From NCBI GenBank assembly GCA_965215015.1, contig OZ244042.1, positions 5,792,001 to 5,856,000 on the forward strand: a stretch of DNA of 64,000 nt, read 5' to 3'. Position 1 is the stretch's first letter. Each line of letters starts with the position of its first letter. A program made the translations under genes and the position numbers. The notes below the pieces were generated by a model that had not been told where the DNA came from, did no database searches, and saw only the letters and a program-made list of their open reading frames with translations. The stretch is from Candidatus Poribacteria bacterium (GTDB taxonomy: Bacteria > Poribacteria > WGA-4E > PCPOR2b). Below are positions 51,194 through 60,726 of the stretch, piece by piece.

Positions 51194-51505
51194 CTACAGA
51201 AGCGTAATCTTGACATCAACGCCAGCTGGTAGATCTAAGCGCATTAGCGCATTAACTGTCTTGGGGGTCGTTTGTAAAATGTCCAATAACCGTTTGTGGA
51301 TTCGCATGGCGAACTGTTCACGGGATTTTTTGTCTTTGAAGGTCGATCGCTGTACAGTGTAAATATGCTGCTTAATCGGAAGCGGAATCGGACCTGAGAC
51401 TAATGCGCCTGTTCGCTTAGCGGTTTCTGCAATTTGGCCTGCAGAATGATCTAACAAACGATAATCAAATGATTTCAAACGAATCCTTATTTTCTGATTA
51501 TCCAT
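51194..51505 (-). CDS. rpsJ: 30S ribosomal protein S10
   Basis: [23 protein letters not shown]. Confidence 0.97.
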   Translation of the reverse strand: MDNQKIRIRLKSFDYRLLDHSAGQIAETAKRTGALVSGPIPLPIKQHIYTVQRSTFKDKKSREQFAMRIHKRLLDILQTTPKTVNALMRLDLPAGVDVKITLL

Positions 51506-51525
51506 CAGTACTCCAGCTAAATTTG

Positions 51526-51571
51526 GTTCATTCACTCATTGGTGCATTAATGCACCAATGAGTGAATGAAC
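51526..51571. repeat. Perfect 46-bp palindrome between tuf and rpsJ
   Basis: GTTCATTCACTCATTGGTGCATT|AATGCACCAATGAGTGAATGAAC. Confidence 0.95.
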
Positions 51572-51575
51572 GAAA

Positions 51576-52775
51576 CTACTCAATAACTTCTGAAACAACG
51601 CCAGCTCCAACGGTGTGCCCGCCTTCACGAATCGCAAACCTCAGCTCCTCTTCCAGAGCGATAGGCTTGGTGAGTTCAACAGTAATTTGGACATTATCTC
51701 CGGGCATTACCATTTCAACACCTTCAGGAAGATGCATTATGCCAGTCACATCCGTTGTACGGAAGTAGAACTGCGGACGATAGTTACTGAAAAATGGCGT
51801 CCAACGCCCACCTTCGTCTTTGTTCAGAATATAGATTTCAGCCGCAAATCTTGTGTGTGGGGTAATACTGCCCGGAGCGGCGAGAACTTGCCCACGCTCA
51901 ACATCATCACGCTCAATACCGCGAAGCAGAACTCCGACATTATCACCCGCACGCCCTTCGTCAAGCAGCTTACGGAACATCTCTACACCGGTTGCAACCG
52001 TGCTGGAGGTGGGGGCCAGTCCAACAATCTCGACGGTGTCGCCGACGTGAACAATGCCGCGTTCGATACGGCCAGTCACAACTGTACCCCGCCCAGTGAT
52101 TGAGAAGATATCTTCCACAGGCATTAGGTAGGGGCGATCAATGTCTCGGACCGGCTCCGGAATCCAATTGTCACATGCCTCCATGAGCTCTAAAATTGAC
52201 TCACACTCCTCAGCATTCGGATTGCCGCCACTTTCCATCGCTTGGAGGGCAGACCCACTAATAACTGGAATGTCATCACCGGGGAACTCGTATTCAGTGA
52301 GTAGCTCTCGAACTTCGAGTTCTACCAATTCTAGGAGCTCCTCATCGTCAACCATGTCTGCCTTATTCAGGTAGACAACGAGGCTTGGCACGTTCACCTG
52401 CCGTGCCAAGAGAACGTGTTCACGAGTTTGGGGCATGGGACCGTCAGCGGCAGAGACAACAAGAATTGCGCCATCCATCTGCGCTGCACCGGTAATCATA
52501 TTTTTGATGTAGTCAGCGTGTCCGGGACAGTCTACGTGAGCGTAGTGTCGATTCTCCGTCTCATACTCAACGTGCGCGGTGTTTATGGTAATCCCACGCT
52601 CTTTTTCCTCAGGAGCTGCATCAATCTCTTCATAAGTTTTTACGTACTCGCTCCCAGAGAGATTTGACAACACCATGGTAATTGCAGCCGTTAATGTGGT
52701 TTTACCATGATCTACGTGTCCAATTGTGCCAACATTGATGTGCGGCTTAGTCCTTTCAAATTTTTCCTTTGCCAT
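51576..52775 (-). CDS. tuf: Elongation factor Tu
   Basis: [27 protein letters not shown]. Confidence 0.99.
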   Translation of the reverse strand: MAKEKFERTKPHINVGTIGHVDHGKTTLTAAITMVLSNLSGSEYVKTYEEIDAAPEEKERGITINTAHVEYETENRHYAHVDCPGHADYIKNMITGAAQMDGAILVVSAADGPMPQTREHVLLARQVNVPSLVVYLNKADMVDDEELLELVELEVRELLTEYEFPGDDIPVISGSALQAMESGGNPNAEECESILELMEACDNWIPEPVRDIDRPYLMPVEDIFSITGRGTVVTGRIERGIVHVGDTVEIVGLAPTSSTVATGVEMFRKLLDEGRAGDNVGVLLRGIERDDVERGQVLAAPGSITPHTRFAAEIYILNKDEGGRWTPFFSNYRPQFYFRTTDVTGIMHLPEGVEMVMPGDNVQITVELTKPIALEEELRFAIREGGHTVGAGVVSEVIE

Positions 52776-52865
52776 GTGTAAATCTCCTCACATTCTATTA
52801 AACTTAAGTAACCCCAAACCTCACTGATGAACGTTACCAACAAGCCATATCAACAGCGGGAACGG

Positions 52866-54959
52866 TTAAACAGAAAATCCTTTCGACGAGATAATTTCTT
52901 GAGCAATGCTCTGGGGAACATAACTATAATGTGCAAATTCCATCGAATAAGTTGCCCGTCCTTGCGTCAGGGAACGGAGCATTTTAACATAACCGAACAT
53001 TTCAGCAAGTGGAACATAGGCTTTAATGACCTGTATTCCGGACTTGGGGTGCATATCTGTCTGGAGAATTTGTGCACGCCGCGCATTTAAATCCCCCATT
53101 ACCTTTCCCAAATAGTCATCCGGAACAATAACTTCAATCTCCATGATTGGTTCAAGCAGTATCGGATCTGCGCGTTTCACCGCGTCTTTGAAGGCAATCC
53201 GAGCAGCGTTTGAAAATGCGATTTCTGAAGAATCAACGGGATGGTAAGAACCATCATACAATCGCACACCGACATCAACTAGTGGATAACCGCCTAAAAT
53301 CCCGGCAGTTATTCCCTCTTCAAGTCCCTTACGAACAGCGGGGATATATTCTTGGGGAATGGTGCCTCCCTTTATTTCATTAACAAATTCAAAACCGGCT
53401 CCCTGTTCGAGTGGGTAAATTTCAATAACCACATGTCCGAATTGACCACGCCCACCGGATTGCCGCACAAAACGCTCGTTGGCGTCTGCGGAACGCTGGA
53501 TAGTCTCACGATAAGCAACTTGAGGTTGACCAATCTCTGCCGAAACCTTAAATTCCCGAACCAAGCGATCTACGATTATCTCTAAATGTAATTCCCCCAT
53601 GCCGGACAGGACTGTTTGTCCTGTTTCTGGATCTTGATGAACCTTAAAAGTTGGGTCTTCTTCAGCCAACTTTGATAGTGCTATGTTCATCTTCTCAATG
53701 TCCGACTTTGTTTGAGGTTCAATAGCAATGGACATCACAGGAGATGGAAAGGCCATTGATTCCAATACAATCGGGGCATTTGGATCGCAAACGGTGTCGC
53801 CGGTCATCGCGGATTTGAAGCCAATGATGGCGGCGATATCACCCGCATAGATGGCTTGACGCTCCTCACGCTTGTTGGCGTGTAGCTGCATCAGCCTCCC
53901 GATCCTTTCAAACTTTCGGCGCGTACTATTGTATACAGTCATTCCTTTAGCCAAAACCCCGGAGTAAACGCGGAGGAATGTCAGCTTGCCAACATGTGGA
54001 TCGGTTGTAATTTTGAAGGCTAGTGCAGAAAAAGGCTCGTCGTCATTTGCTAAACGTGTCCCTTCCTCTTCAGCTTCTGGATTCAAGCCAGTTACCGGTG
54101 GTACATCTATTGGAGAGGGTAGGTAATCAACCACTGCATCTAGTAACGGTTGGACGCCTTTATTCTTAAGGGCTGTGCCGCACAGGACAGGAACCATTTT
54201 TCCGCTTAACGTCGCGCTCCTTAAACCCGCTTTGATTTCTTCCTCGGACAACTCAACCCCATCAATATATTTTACCAAGAGGTCATCATCACACTCGGCA
54301 ATTGCTTCCAACATTTGCTCCCGATATTCCAGAACACTCTCCATCATTTCATCTGGGATATCTGTATCGAACATAATCGATCCGAAACTCGCTTCGTCCC
54401 ATGTCAGTCCTTTCAGAGAAATCAAATCAACAATTCCACTAAATCTCTCGGAGGAGCCAATCGGCAGTTGAATTGGCACCGCTGAAGTCCCAAGCCGCTC
54501 AACCATCATTTCGACCGTTCGAAAGAAGTCCGCACCGGTTCGATCCATTTTATTAATAAGCGCGATACGTGGCACCTGATATTTATCTGCTTGTCTCCAA
54601 ACCGTTTCCGACTGGGGTTCCACGCCGCCAACTGCACAGAAAACAGCAACGGCTCCATCAAGGATTCGCAGCGATCTTTCGACTTCAACCGTAAAATCAA
54701 TATGTCCCGGAGTATCGATAATGTTGATACCATATCCATTCCATTGGCACGTTGTTGCGGCAGCGGTAATAGTAATCCCTCGTTCCTGTTCCTGTGCCAT
54801 CCAATCCATTGTCGTGGTGCCATCGTCAACCTCTCCCATACGATGCACTTTGCCTGTGTAGTACAACATGCGTTCCGTTACAGTTGTCTTGCCCGCATCA
54901 ATATGCGCCATGATGCCGATGTTTCGTGTATGGGTCAATGGAAATCGACGTTGCTCCAT
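52866..54959 (-). CDS. fusA: Elongation factor G (start uncertain: 54959 or 54983)
   Basis: [23 protein letters not shown]. Confidence 0.97.
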   Translation of the reverse strand: MEQRRFPLTHTRNIGIMAHIDAGKTTVTERMLYYTGKVHRMGEVDDGTTTMDWMAQEQERGITITAAATTCQWNGYGINIIDTPGHIDFTVEVERSLRILDGAVAVFCAVGGVEPQSETVWRQADKYQVPRIALINKMDRTGADFFRTVEMMVERLGTSAVPIQLPIGSSERFSGIVDLISLKGLTWDEASFGSIMFDTDIPDEMMESVLEYREQMLEAIAECDDDLLVKYIDGVELSEEEIKAGLRSATLSGKMVPVLCGTALKNKGVQPLLDAVVDYLPSPIDVPPVTGLNPEAEEEGTRLANDDEPFSALAFKITTDPHVGKLTFLRVYSGVLAKGMTVYNSTRRKFERIGRLMQLHANKREERQAIYAGDIAAIIGFKSAMTGDTVCDPNAPIVLESMAFPSPVMSIAIEPQTKSDIEKMNIALSKLAEEDPTFKVHQDPETGQTVLSGMGELHLEIIVDRLVREFKVSAEIGQPQVAYRETIQRSADANERFVRQSGGRGQFGHVVIEIYPLEQGAGFEFVNEIKGGTIPQEYIPAVRKGLEEGITAGILGGYPLVDVGVRLYDGSYHPVDSSEIAFSNAARIAFKDAVKRADPILLEPIMEIEVIVPDDYLGKVMGDLNARRAQILQTDMHPKSGIQVIKAYVPLAEMFGYVKMLRSLTQGRATYSMEFAHYSYVPQSIAQEIISSKGFSV

Positions 54960-55045
54960 GGAACGCCGATTTTCAGAGGTCATTTGATTTTGTTTTTTAA
55001 GTCTCATTTTTTCTAAAACCATTCATGATACGGTAAAAAGATAAA

Positions 55046-55147
55046 GGTTTATTTAAAAAGAAGGTGCAAAGATACCCGGAACATCTATTTGAAACTGAGT
55101 TTTTGAGAAGAAACTCGGGGCTGTTGCGCGATTTCTTAACATGAGCC
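55046..55147 (-). mobile_element. MITE family A copy between rpsG and fusA
   Basis: Minus strand GGCTCATGTTAAGAAATCGCGCAACAG...TTCTTTTTAAATAAACC; flanks AAGATAAA / AAAATAAA (7/8). Confidence 0.75.
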
Positions 55148-55195
55148 AAAATAAAAAATTACCGCCCGATAGATTGGGGCTTCACTGAGCTCAGC

Positions 55196-55666
55196 TTACC
55201 AGCGATAGTGTGCAAATGCTCGATTCGCCTCCGCCATGCGATGTTGATCAAGTTTTCTGCGAATTGAAGATCCGTCATTCCTAGCGGCATCTAATAGTTC
55301 GCCCGCCAGCCGCTCTGCCATCGTTTTCTCTCCACGATCTCTTGCAGATTGAATAATCCAACGGAGTGCCAATGTTGTGCGACGTTCCGCTTTAACATCT
55401 ACTGGCACTTGGTAGGTTTGTCCCCCAACACGCCGAGACCGAATTTCAAGAACCGGCTTAACGTTGTTAATTGCTTCGTGGAAAACTGTAAGTCCATCCT
55501 GGTCGGTGCGTTTTTCAACAATGTCTATGCTATTGTATAGAATTGACCGAGCAACACTCTTCTTTCCACAAGCCATTAAGAAGTTTATAAATTTCGCCAC
55601 CAGTTTACTGTTATATTTTGGGTCCGGGAGTACGTCTCGTTTAACAACCTCTGTACGACGTGGCAT
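55196..55666 (-). CDS. rpsG: 30S ribosomal protein S7
   Basis: [28 protein letters not shown]. Confidence 0.98.
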   Translation of the reverse strand: MPRRTEVVKRDVLPDPKYNSKLVAKFINFLMACGKKSVARSILYNSIDIVEKRTDQDGLTVFHEAINNVKPVLEIRSRRVGGQTYQVPVDVKAERRTTLALRWIIQSARDRGEKTMAERLAGELLDAARNDGSSIRRKLDQHRMAEANRAFAHYRW

Positions 55667-55677
55667 ACCTTCCTCCT

Positions 55678-56049
55678 CTAACCAGCACTCTTTGCACCAT
55701 ATTTTGATCTTGCCTGCCGTCGATTCTCAACACCCGCTGTATCTAATGTGCCGCGGACTATGTGGTATCTGACATTGGGCAAATCCTTAACTCTGCCGCC
55801 GCGCACGAGTACAACCGAGTGTTCCAGAAGGTTATGATCTATGCCGGGGATATAGCAGGTGGCTTCTTGACCATTCGTAAAACGGACACGAGCGACCTTG
55901 CGAAGCGCCGAATTCGGCTTCGTGGGAGTTACGGTCCTGACTTGTAAACAGATGCCTCGCCGTTGGGGACAACTTTCCAGGACCGGAGATTTACTTTTCT
56001 TACGTGGTCTTTTACGAGATTTTCTGACTAATTGATTAATTGTTGGCAT
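55678..56049 (-). CDS. rpsL: 30S ribosomal protein S12
   Basis: [26 protein letters not shown]. Confidence 0.98.
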   Translation of the reverse strand: MPTINQLVRKSRKRPRKKSKSPVLESCPQRRGICLQVRTVTPTKPNSALRKVARVRFTNGQEATCYIPGIDHNLLEHSVVLVRGGRVKDLPNVRYHIVRGTLDTAGVENRRQARSKYGAKSAG

Positions 56050-56230
56050 ATCTACCTCGGCTGACTAGTAATGTGCAGACAAAAATAAAGCCCCACTATG
56101 GGGGCTCACAAAGTTGTCCGCTGTAACGAAGTAACTGTGAAAAAACACGCCAAAGTGTTTTGGAACTATAAATTCCTCCCCTTTTCCACCTAATTCAAGG
56201 CGAAAATCCAAAGTTAGCGTCAAAAGGCGA

Positions 56231-56259
56231 ATTATACCAAACTGATAAGCGAATGTCAA
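56231..56259 (-). promoter_or_regulatory. Consensus sigma70 promoter of the str operon
   Basis: TTGACA, 17 nt spacer, TATAAT with extended -10 TG. Confidence 0.85.
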
Positions 56260-56620
56260 GCCCTTTTCTGCGTTTTTATTGAATTTTTTCTAAAGTTTGG
56301 ACAATTTATGGCAATGAGGACGGGTTGAGACTCCTTTTCGTGGGGCGAAACCGCACTCAGAAATCACTCCCACTTGACTGGATAGCATGTGGAGAGAAAA
56401 GGCTTGATCAAAATTGAACATGGCCATCCCATTGACTTAACCCCCGTCGTGGGGGCAAGTTTCCCAACCTGCCGGCGATCACAGTTTGAAAACCTGTGTC
56501 TACGAGTGGATTTGCCTTGTCATGTGCCAAAGTCATAGGCATACGCCTTCTGCTCCCCGTTTACGGGGCCGGGGGTAACAGGGAGAAGCCCCCATATCCC
56601 CCCGCATGGGAAAAACAAAA

Positions 56621-56922
56621 GGGGATAAGTAGTTACTAGCTTTTAATAAAACGCCAAGATGCAAGGGGACTAAGCTACAAAAAAAGGAAACGAGAGAACC
56701 GGCTTCCCCTTCGTCAGGGAAGGGGGGCGTTTCTTCGTTCTTCTCCCGATGAAACCGCGAATCTACGATGCCGTAGGCATTCCCTTGGGCAGGCTACCGA
56801 ATCGGGACTTGCGCCCTCTCCCCACTTGCGGAGCATCCCCCCTCGAATCCCCCACAAATAGGGGGACGGGGGGTAAGGGAGCATCTTTGCGTTAAATTCA
56901 GAAAAAGCCCTCATCTACTCCG
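56621..56922 (+). mobile_element. MITE family B copy, 302 bp
   Basis: Inverted homologue of 14675-14912. Perfect 8-bp duplication AAACAAAA at 56613-56620 and 56923-56930. Confidence 0.85.
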
Positions 56923-56991
56923 AAACAAAATATCCCCAACCCCATTAGGTGGGGTATCTTGCCCCATCTACCGCCTGCGATCAATATCTGT

Positions 56992-57063
56992 ATCCGCGCA
57001 ATCTGCGTCATCTGTTTAATCCGCGATTTAGACAATTATTATGAGCACCCCTCAATTATATTT
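56992..57063 (+). repeat. ATCCGYG-type repeat element (copy of 10803-10875)
   Basis: atccgcgcaatctgcgtcatctgtttaatccgcgatttagacaattattatgagc. Confidence 0.75.
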
Positions 57064-57074
57064 CCTCAAATTAA

Positions 57075-58082
57075 TTACATCCGCATCGCCGGTTCCTGGA
57101 CTGTGTCCAATAATCGGGTGATTACGGCATCAGAATCAACCCCCTCAGCTTCCGCGTGAAAGTTTACGAGTACACGATGTCGGAGAACAGCGTGCGCCAC
57201 CGATTTAACGTCTTCTATAGACGCATTCACACGCCCCCGTAGAATTCCGCGTGCTTTCGCGCCAAGGATTAAATACTGTCCTGCCCGTGGACCCGCCCCC
57301 CACCTTACCCACTGTTGAATAAAATCCGGGGCATCTTTGCTTCTGGGACGGGTCGCCCTTGCTAACTTGACCGCATACTGTACAACGTTATCAGCGGTTG
57401 AAACCCGCCGGACAATCTGATTTAGGGTTATGATGTCTTCGCCGGAAAGCACGGTCTCAAGTTCGGGTTCACCAACGCTGGTCGTCGAAGAAACAATTGC
57501 GACCTCCTCCTCCTCGCTCGGATAGTCGATCACAATCTTAAACATGAAACGGTCTAGTTGTGCCTCTGGCAGTGGGTATGTTCCTTCCTGCTCAATCGGA
57601 TTCTGCGTGGCAAGGACGAAGAACGGTTGTTCCAAATTATACATGGTGCCCCCCGCTGTGACATGATATTCCTGCATCGCTTCAAGCAATGCAGCTTGGG
57701 TCTTGGGTGGGGTTCGGTTGATTTCATCGGCAAGCAAGATGTTGGCAAATATGGGTCCCTGGATGAAGCGAATCTCCCGATGACCGGTGGAGCGTTCTTC
57801 TTCTAAAACGTCTGTGCCGGTAATATCGGCGGGCATCAGATCCGGTGTAAACTGAATTCGCTTAAACTGGAGATTGAGAATTTGGGCAAGCGTCTTAATC
57901 ATCAAGGTTTTGGCGAGCCCGGGCACGCCTTCAAGCAGGCAGTGCCCCCCTGCAAAGAACGCCATCAGCATCTGATCAATTACTTCCTCTTGACCGACAA
58001 TTGCTTTGTTGAGTTGTTCCGAGATGAGGTCTCTGGCATCCATTAGTTTTTCAATCGCTTGAACTTCTTCTGTTGCTGGCAT
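57075..58082 (-). CDS. MoxR family AAA+ ATPase
   Basis: [45 protein letters not shown]. Confidence 0.96.
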   Translation of the reverse strand: MPATEEVQAIEKLMDARDLISEQLNKAIVGQEEVIDQMLMAFFAGGHCLLEGVPGLAKTLMIKTLAQILNLQFKRIQFTPDLMPADITGTDVLEEERSTGHREIRFIQGPIFANILLADEINRTPPKTQAALLEAMQEYHVTAGGTMYNLEQPFFVLATQNPIEQEGTYPLPEAQLDRFMFKIVIDYPSEEEEVAIVSSTTSVGEPELETVLSGEDIITLNQIVRRVSTADNVVQYAVKLARATRPRSKDAPDFIQQWVRWGAGPRAGQYLILGAKARGILRGRVNASIEDVKSVAHAVLRHRVLVNFHAEAEGVDSDAVITRLLDTVQEPAMRM

Positions 58083-58117
58083 GGTGTCTGTGGCTCCTTA
58101 TCAGTTTCAATCTCTAT

Positions 58118-58288
58118 TAAGAGTTACGCAGTTTAGCTTGTAGTAGCACGTTCATTGCGCGTCAGATACCAACAACGTCGCGCGATAGTATCTAGCTCAA
58201 TTCATCAGATACTATCGCATAACCCACCGGGTATTCGATAAATCGCCCGACCACAAACCTTTAAGCGTTCAACTGTATAATCCCTACT
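58118..58288 (+). repeat. GAGTTACGCA-type element enclosing REP-like arms
   Basis: TAAGAGTTACGCAGTT...AACTGTATAATCCCTA degenerate inverted ends; internal stem GCGATAGTATCT / AGATACTATCGC. Confidence 0.55.
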
Positions 58289-58384
58289 CTAATGAGAACT
58301 ATTTTCTTTCTTAATCCTTGTCTAATCAACCGGTTGAAATGGTTTTCATATCTTTCACTTTTTTCTGCCAAAAATCTTCCCCAA

Positions 58385-59548
58385 TCAACCCAAGTAGCTC
58401 CAACTCGCCACGAAATCATCGATGTCGAAGGCGGGCATCTCGTTGAAGATGTAGGGGGTCGGCTCCTTGTTCTGGAAGCCGGGCACGAGTTGGGGCGAAT
58501 CGGTTTGGAGTGCTCTATCTAACGGCAGGAACCGCTGCCAGAGCAGCTGACGCTCCGGTTCCGTGAAACGATTGTACATGGGCTCGCGTGGCTGATGGCG
58601 TATGTTCTTCGCACGTTTAGATAACAACACGAGACATGTCATTCGACCTTCGGCACCCGGGTGCAGTTCAGCCAACCCCTGACGGAACCCTCCTTCATCT
58701 AATCTAATGGTCGCACGGAAAATGCGTTCAATCAAGGCGAGTTCGCCTCGTTCTAGTTCGAGAAAACCTTCAAACTTAATCGCTAGATGCACCGGCAACC
58801 TATCAATCAGCCCCGGCTGCCAGACGAAGGAGTGCGCGTGTGGGTATATACCGACCCCAAAGGCACGGTAGGTATACTGCAAGGTCCGGCGCAGCTTCGT
58901 GCTATAGTTACTGCCCCAGTGAAGGATTGTGTTCAGGTATACGACACCGTCACCTGCCTTCAATTCGATTGGGATGCCGCCCTCCACCGGCTCATGTTCA
59001 CTCTTGGATAACTGCCGGTTTTCCGCCTCAGTGTTGAATCGCCTGTGGCTGCCGGGGACCGCCCACAGTACATCATCGTCATACAATGCAATGTTCCACT
59101 GCGTATATGCCGGAGGATTCGCTAGGGAATCCGTGAACAACCCCTCCAACGGTCCCTCGCGCCACGACCGGATATCGCGATGCCAGTCCCATGGGCCGTG
59201 GTCTACCCGTGGGTTGCAGAACATGCCGAATTGCAGGGGTGCCACCTCCTCTGCCTGCATTAGCTGCTTGCTGATTCCGTATGTATTCTCGTGAAATACG
59301 AACTCTATTGATTCTACCGCGGCTGAGTCAACCACCCGATCAAACAACACCCGCGGCTGCGGACCGGACTCCCACTCTCCGCCCGGTGGCTCGCCCGGCT
59401 TACGATTGTCCGTCCACCACCGCTTATGCCGTTCAAGCATCTGTTCGCAATGTGTCCGCAACGACCCAAGTTGTTTCGGGGGCACGCACCCGCGCACGAT
59501 GATGTAACCTTTGTCCTGAATCTCTTTTGTGTCTGCGAGTGTTGTCAT
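58385..59548 (-). CDS. PhyH family dioxygenase with C-terminal extension
   Basis: WHRD, VPGSH, LKAGD, LHWGS. RBS GGAGG. Confidence 0.88.
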   Translation of the reverse strand: MTTLADTKEIQDKGYIIVRGCVPPKQLGSLRTHCEQMLERHKRWWTDNRKPGEPPGGEWESGPQPRVLFDRVVDSAAVESIEFVFHENTYGISKQLMQAEEVAPLQFGMFCNPRVDHGPWDWHRDIRSWREGPLEGLFTDSLANPPAYTQWNIALYDDDVLWAVPGSHRRFNTEAENRQLSKSEHEPVEGGIPIELKAGDGVVYLNTILHWGSNYSTKLRRTLQYTYRAFGVGIYPHAHSFVWQPGLIDRLPVHLAIKFEGFLELERGELALIERIFRATIRLDEGGFRQGLAELHPGAEGRMTCLVLLSKRAKNIRHQPREPMYNRFTEPERQLLWQRFLPLDRALQTDSPQLVPGFQNKEPTPYIFNEMPAFDIDDFVASWSYLG

Positions 59549-59606
59549 GACCTCCACCCTGACTGAAGTATAAATGCTTGGGATTGCCTAAATAACTTTC
59601 ATTTTT

Positions 59607-59732
59607 GGCTCATGTTCAGAAATTATGCAACAGAAACCGATTTCGTTCATTGGTTCATTAATGAACCAATGAACGAAATCGGTTTTCACGTTTCATACTC
59701 TTCGCGTTTCACACTTTCTTTTAACATGAACC
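59607..59732 (+). mobile_element. MITE family A, best-preserved copy, with perfect 52-bp internal palindrome
   Basis: TIR GGCTCATGTT / AACATGAACC; flanks TCATTTTT / TCATTTCT; palindrome at 59634-59685. Confidence 0.85.
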
Positions 59733-60677
59733 TCATTTCTTTCCGTGAATCCCCGCCGTTTGCTTCGCAATCATTGCAAGTTGGTCCTCATCCCACTCCT
59801 CTTGCTGCTGTAATGCGTACAGCGATGTATAACCCCCCGACCAGTCTGGAGGCACTAGACATGGGCGATTATCGTGGTGTGCCCAGCGGGCCGGTTTGCC
59901 CCTTACTATAGTGCCCTCATATTGACTAGGTAACGGATTGGCGGTGTAGGTGAACGCATCGGCTGACGAATAGACATTCAGCAACAGGGGCCGCCCTTGA
60001 TCGGAAAGGTTCGGCTTGGATCCGTGAATCACACGGCAGTTATGAATTGTGAGAGATCCGGAGGCCCCCTTCAGATAATGGACATTCTCCGTGTCAACGC
60101 GTTTGACATCTTCATCGCTGAGGCAACCAACCCATTGATTGTTCGCATTGTATTGATTGAAAAGTTCACCCTTGTGGCTTCCGGGGATAGCACCAAGGGG
60201 GCCCTGATCATCACCGACACCATGAAGATAAACGCCAATTGTGAGCGGACTATAGTTGGTGTGGGGCCAATAGGTAATGTCTTGATGCCACTTAACCTCT
60301 TCGCCACCTTCTGCCCATTTGAAATTTAATTTAGAGTGATGGAATTTGACGTCCGGTCCTACCAGATCTGCTGCCACCTCAACGATAACCGACTGGGAAG
60401 CAAACTCCCAATAGGTTGGGTGCTGTTCAACGGGACTGGTCAGCCGGCGTAGACGCGGATTGTCCGCCGTGTGGCCCGGTTCCAGATCGAACACCATGTC
60501 CGACTTATCCAGGGCCCGGCTGCGCTGCACCATTTCATCTGTAACGTCAATCAGGCGTTTGACCCAATCCTGCGGTACAATGCGTTCAACGAGCAGGTAT
60601 CCGTTATCAAAGTAAAATTGACGCTGTTCTTGGGTGAGCACTTCAGGTTTGTGAGACAATATCTTCTCAGGTGTCAT
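59733..60677 (-). CDS. PhyH family dioxygenase (ectoine hydroxylase-like)
   Basis: SKLNFK, WHQD, IPGSH, HGSKPN. Confidence 0.9.
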   Translation of the reverse strand: MTPEKILSHKPEVLTQEQRQFYFDNGYLLVERIVPQDWVKRLIDVTDEMVQRSRALDKSDMVFDLEPGHTADNPRLRRLTSPVEQHPTYWEFASQSVIVEVAADLVGPDVKFHHSKLNFKWAEGGEEVKWHQDITYWPHTNYSPLTIGVYLHGVGDDQGPLGAIPGSHKGELFNQYNANNQWVGCLSDEDVKRVDTENVHYLKGASGSLTIHNCRVIHGSKPNLSDQGRPLLLNVYSSADAFTYTANPLPSQYEGTIVRGKPARWAHHDNRPCLVPPDWSGGYTSLYALQQQEEWDEDQLAMIAKQTAGIHGKK

Positions 60678-60726
60678 CGGATAACCTCCTTCTATGAAAA
60701 ATCAATAACGGGGGGTATGTTTTCTG

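Noticed and set aside
37565-55950. Numerous short antisense ORFs in the ribosomal cluster
   Set aside because: They are shadow frames of conserved genes with no independent evidence.
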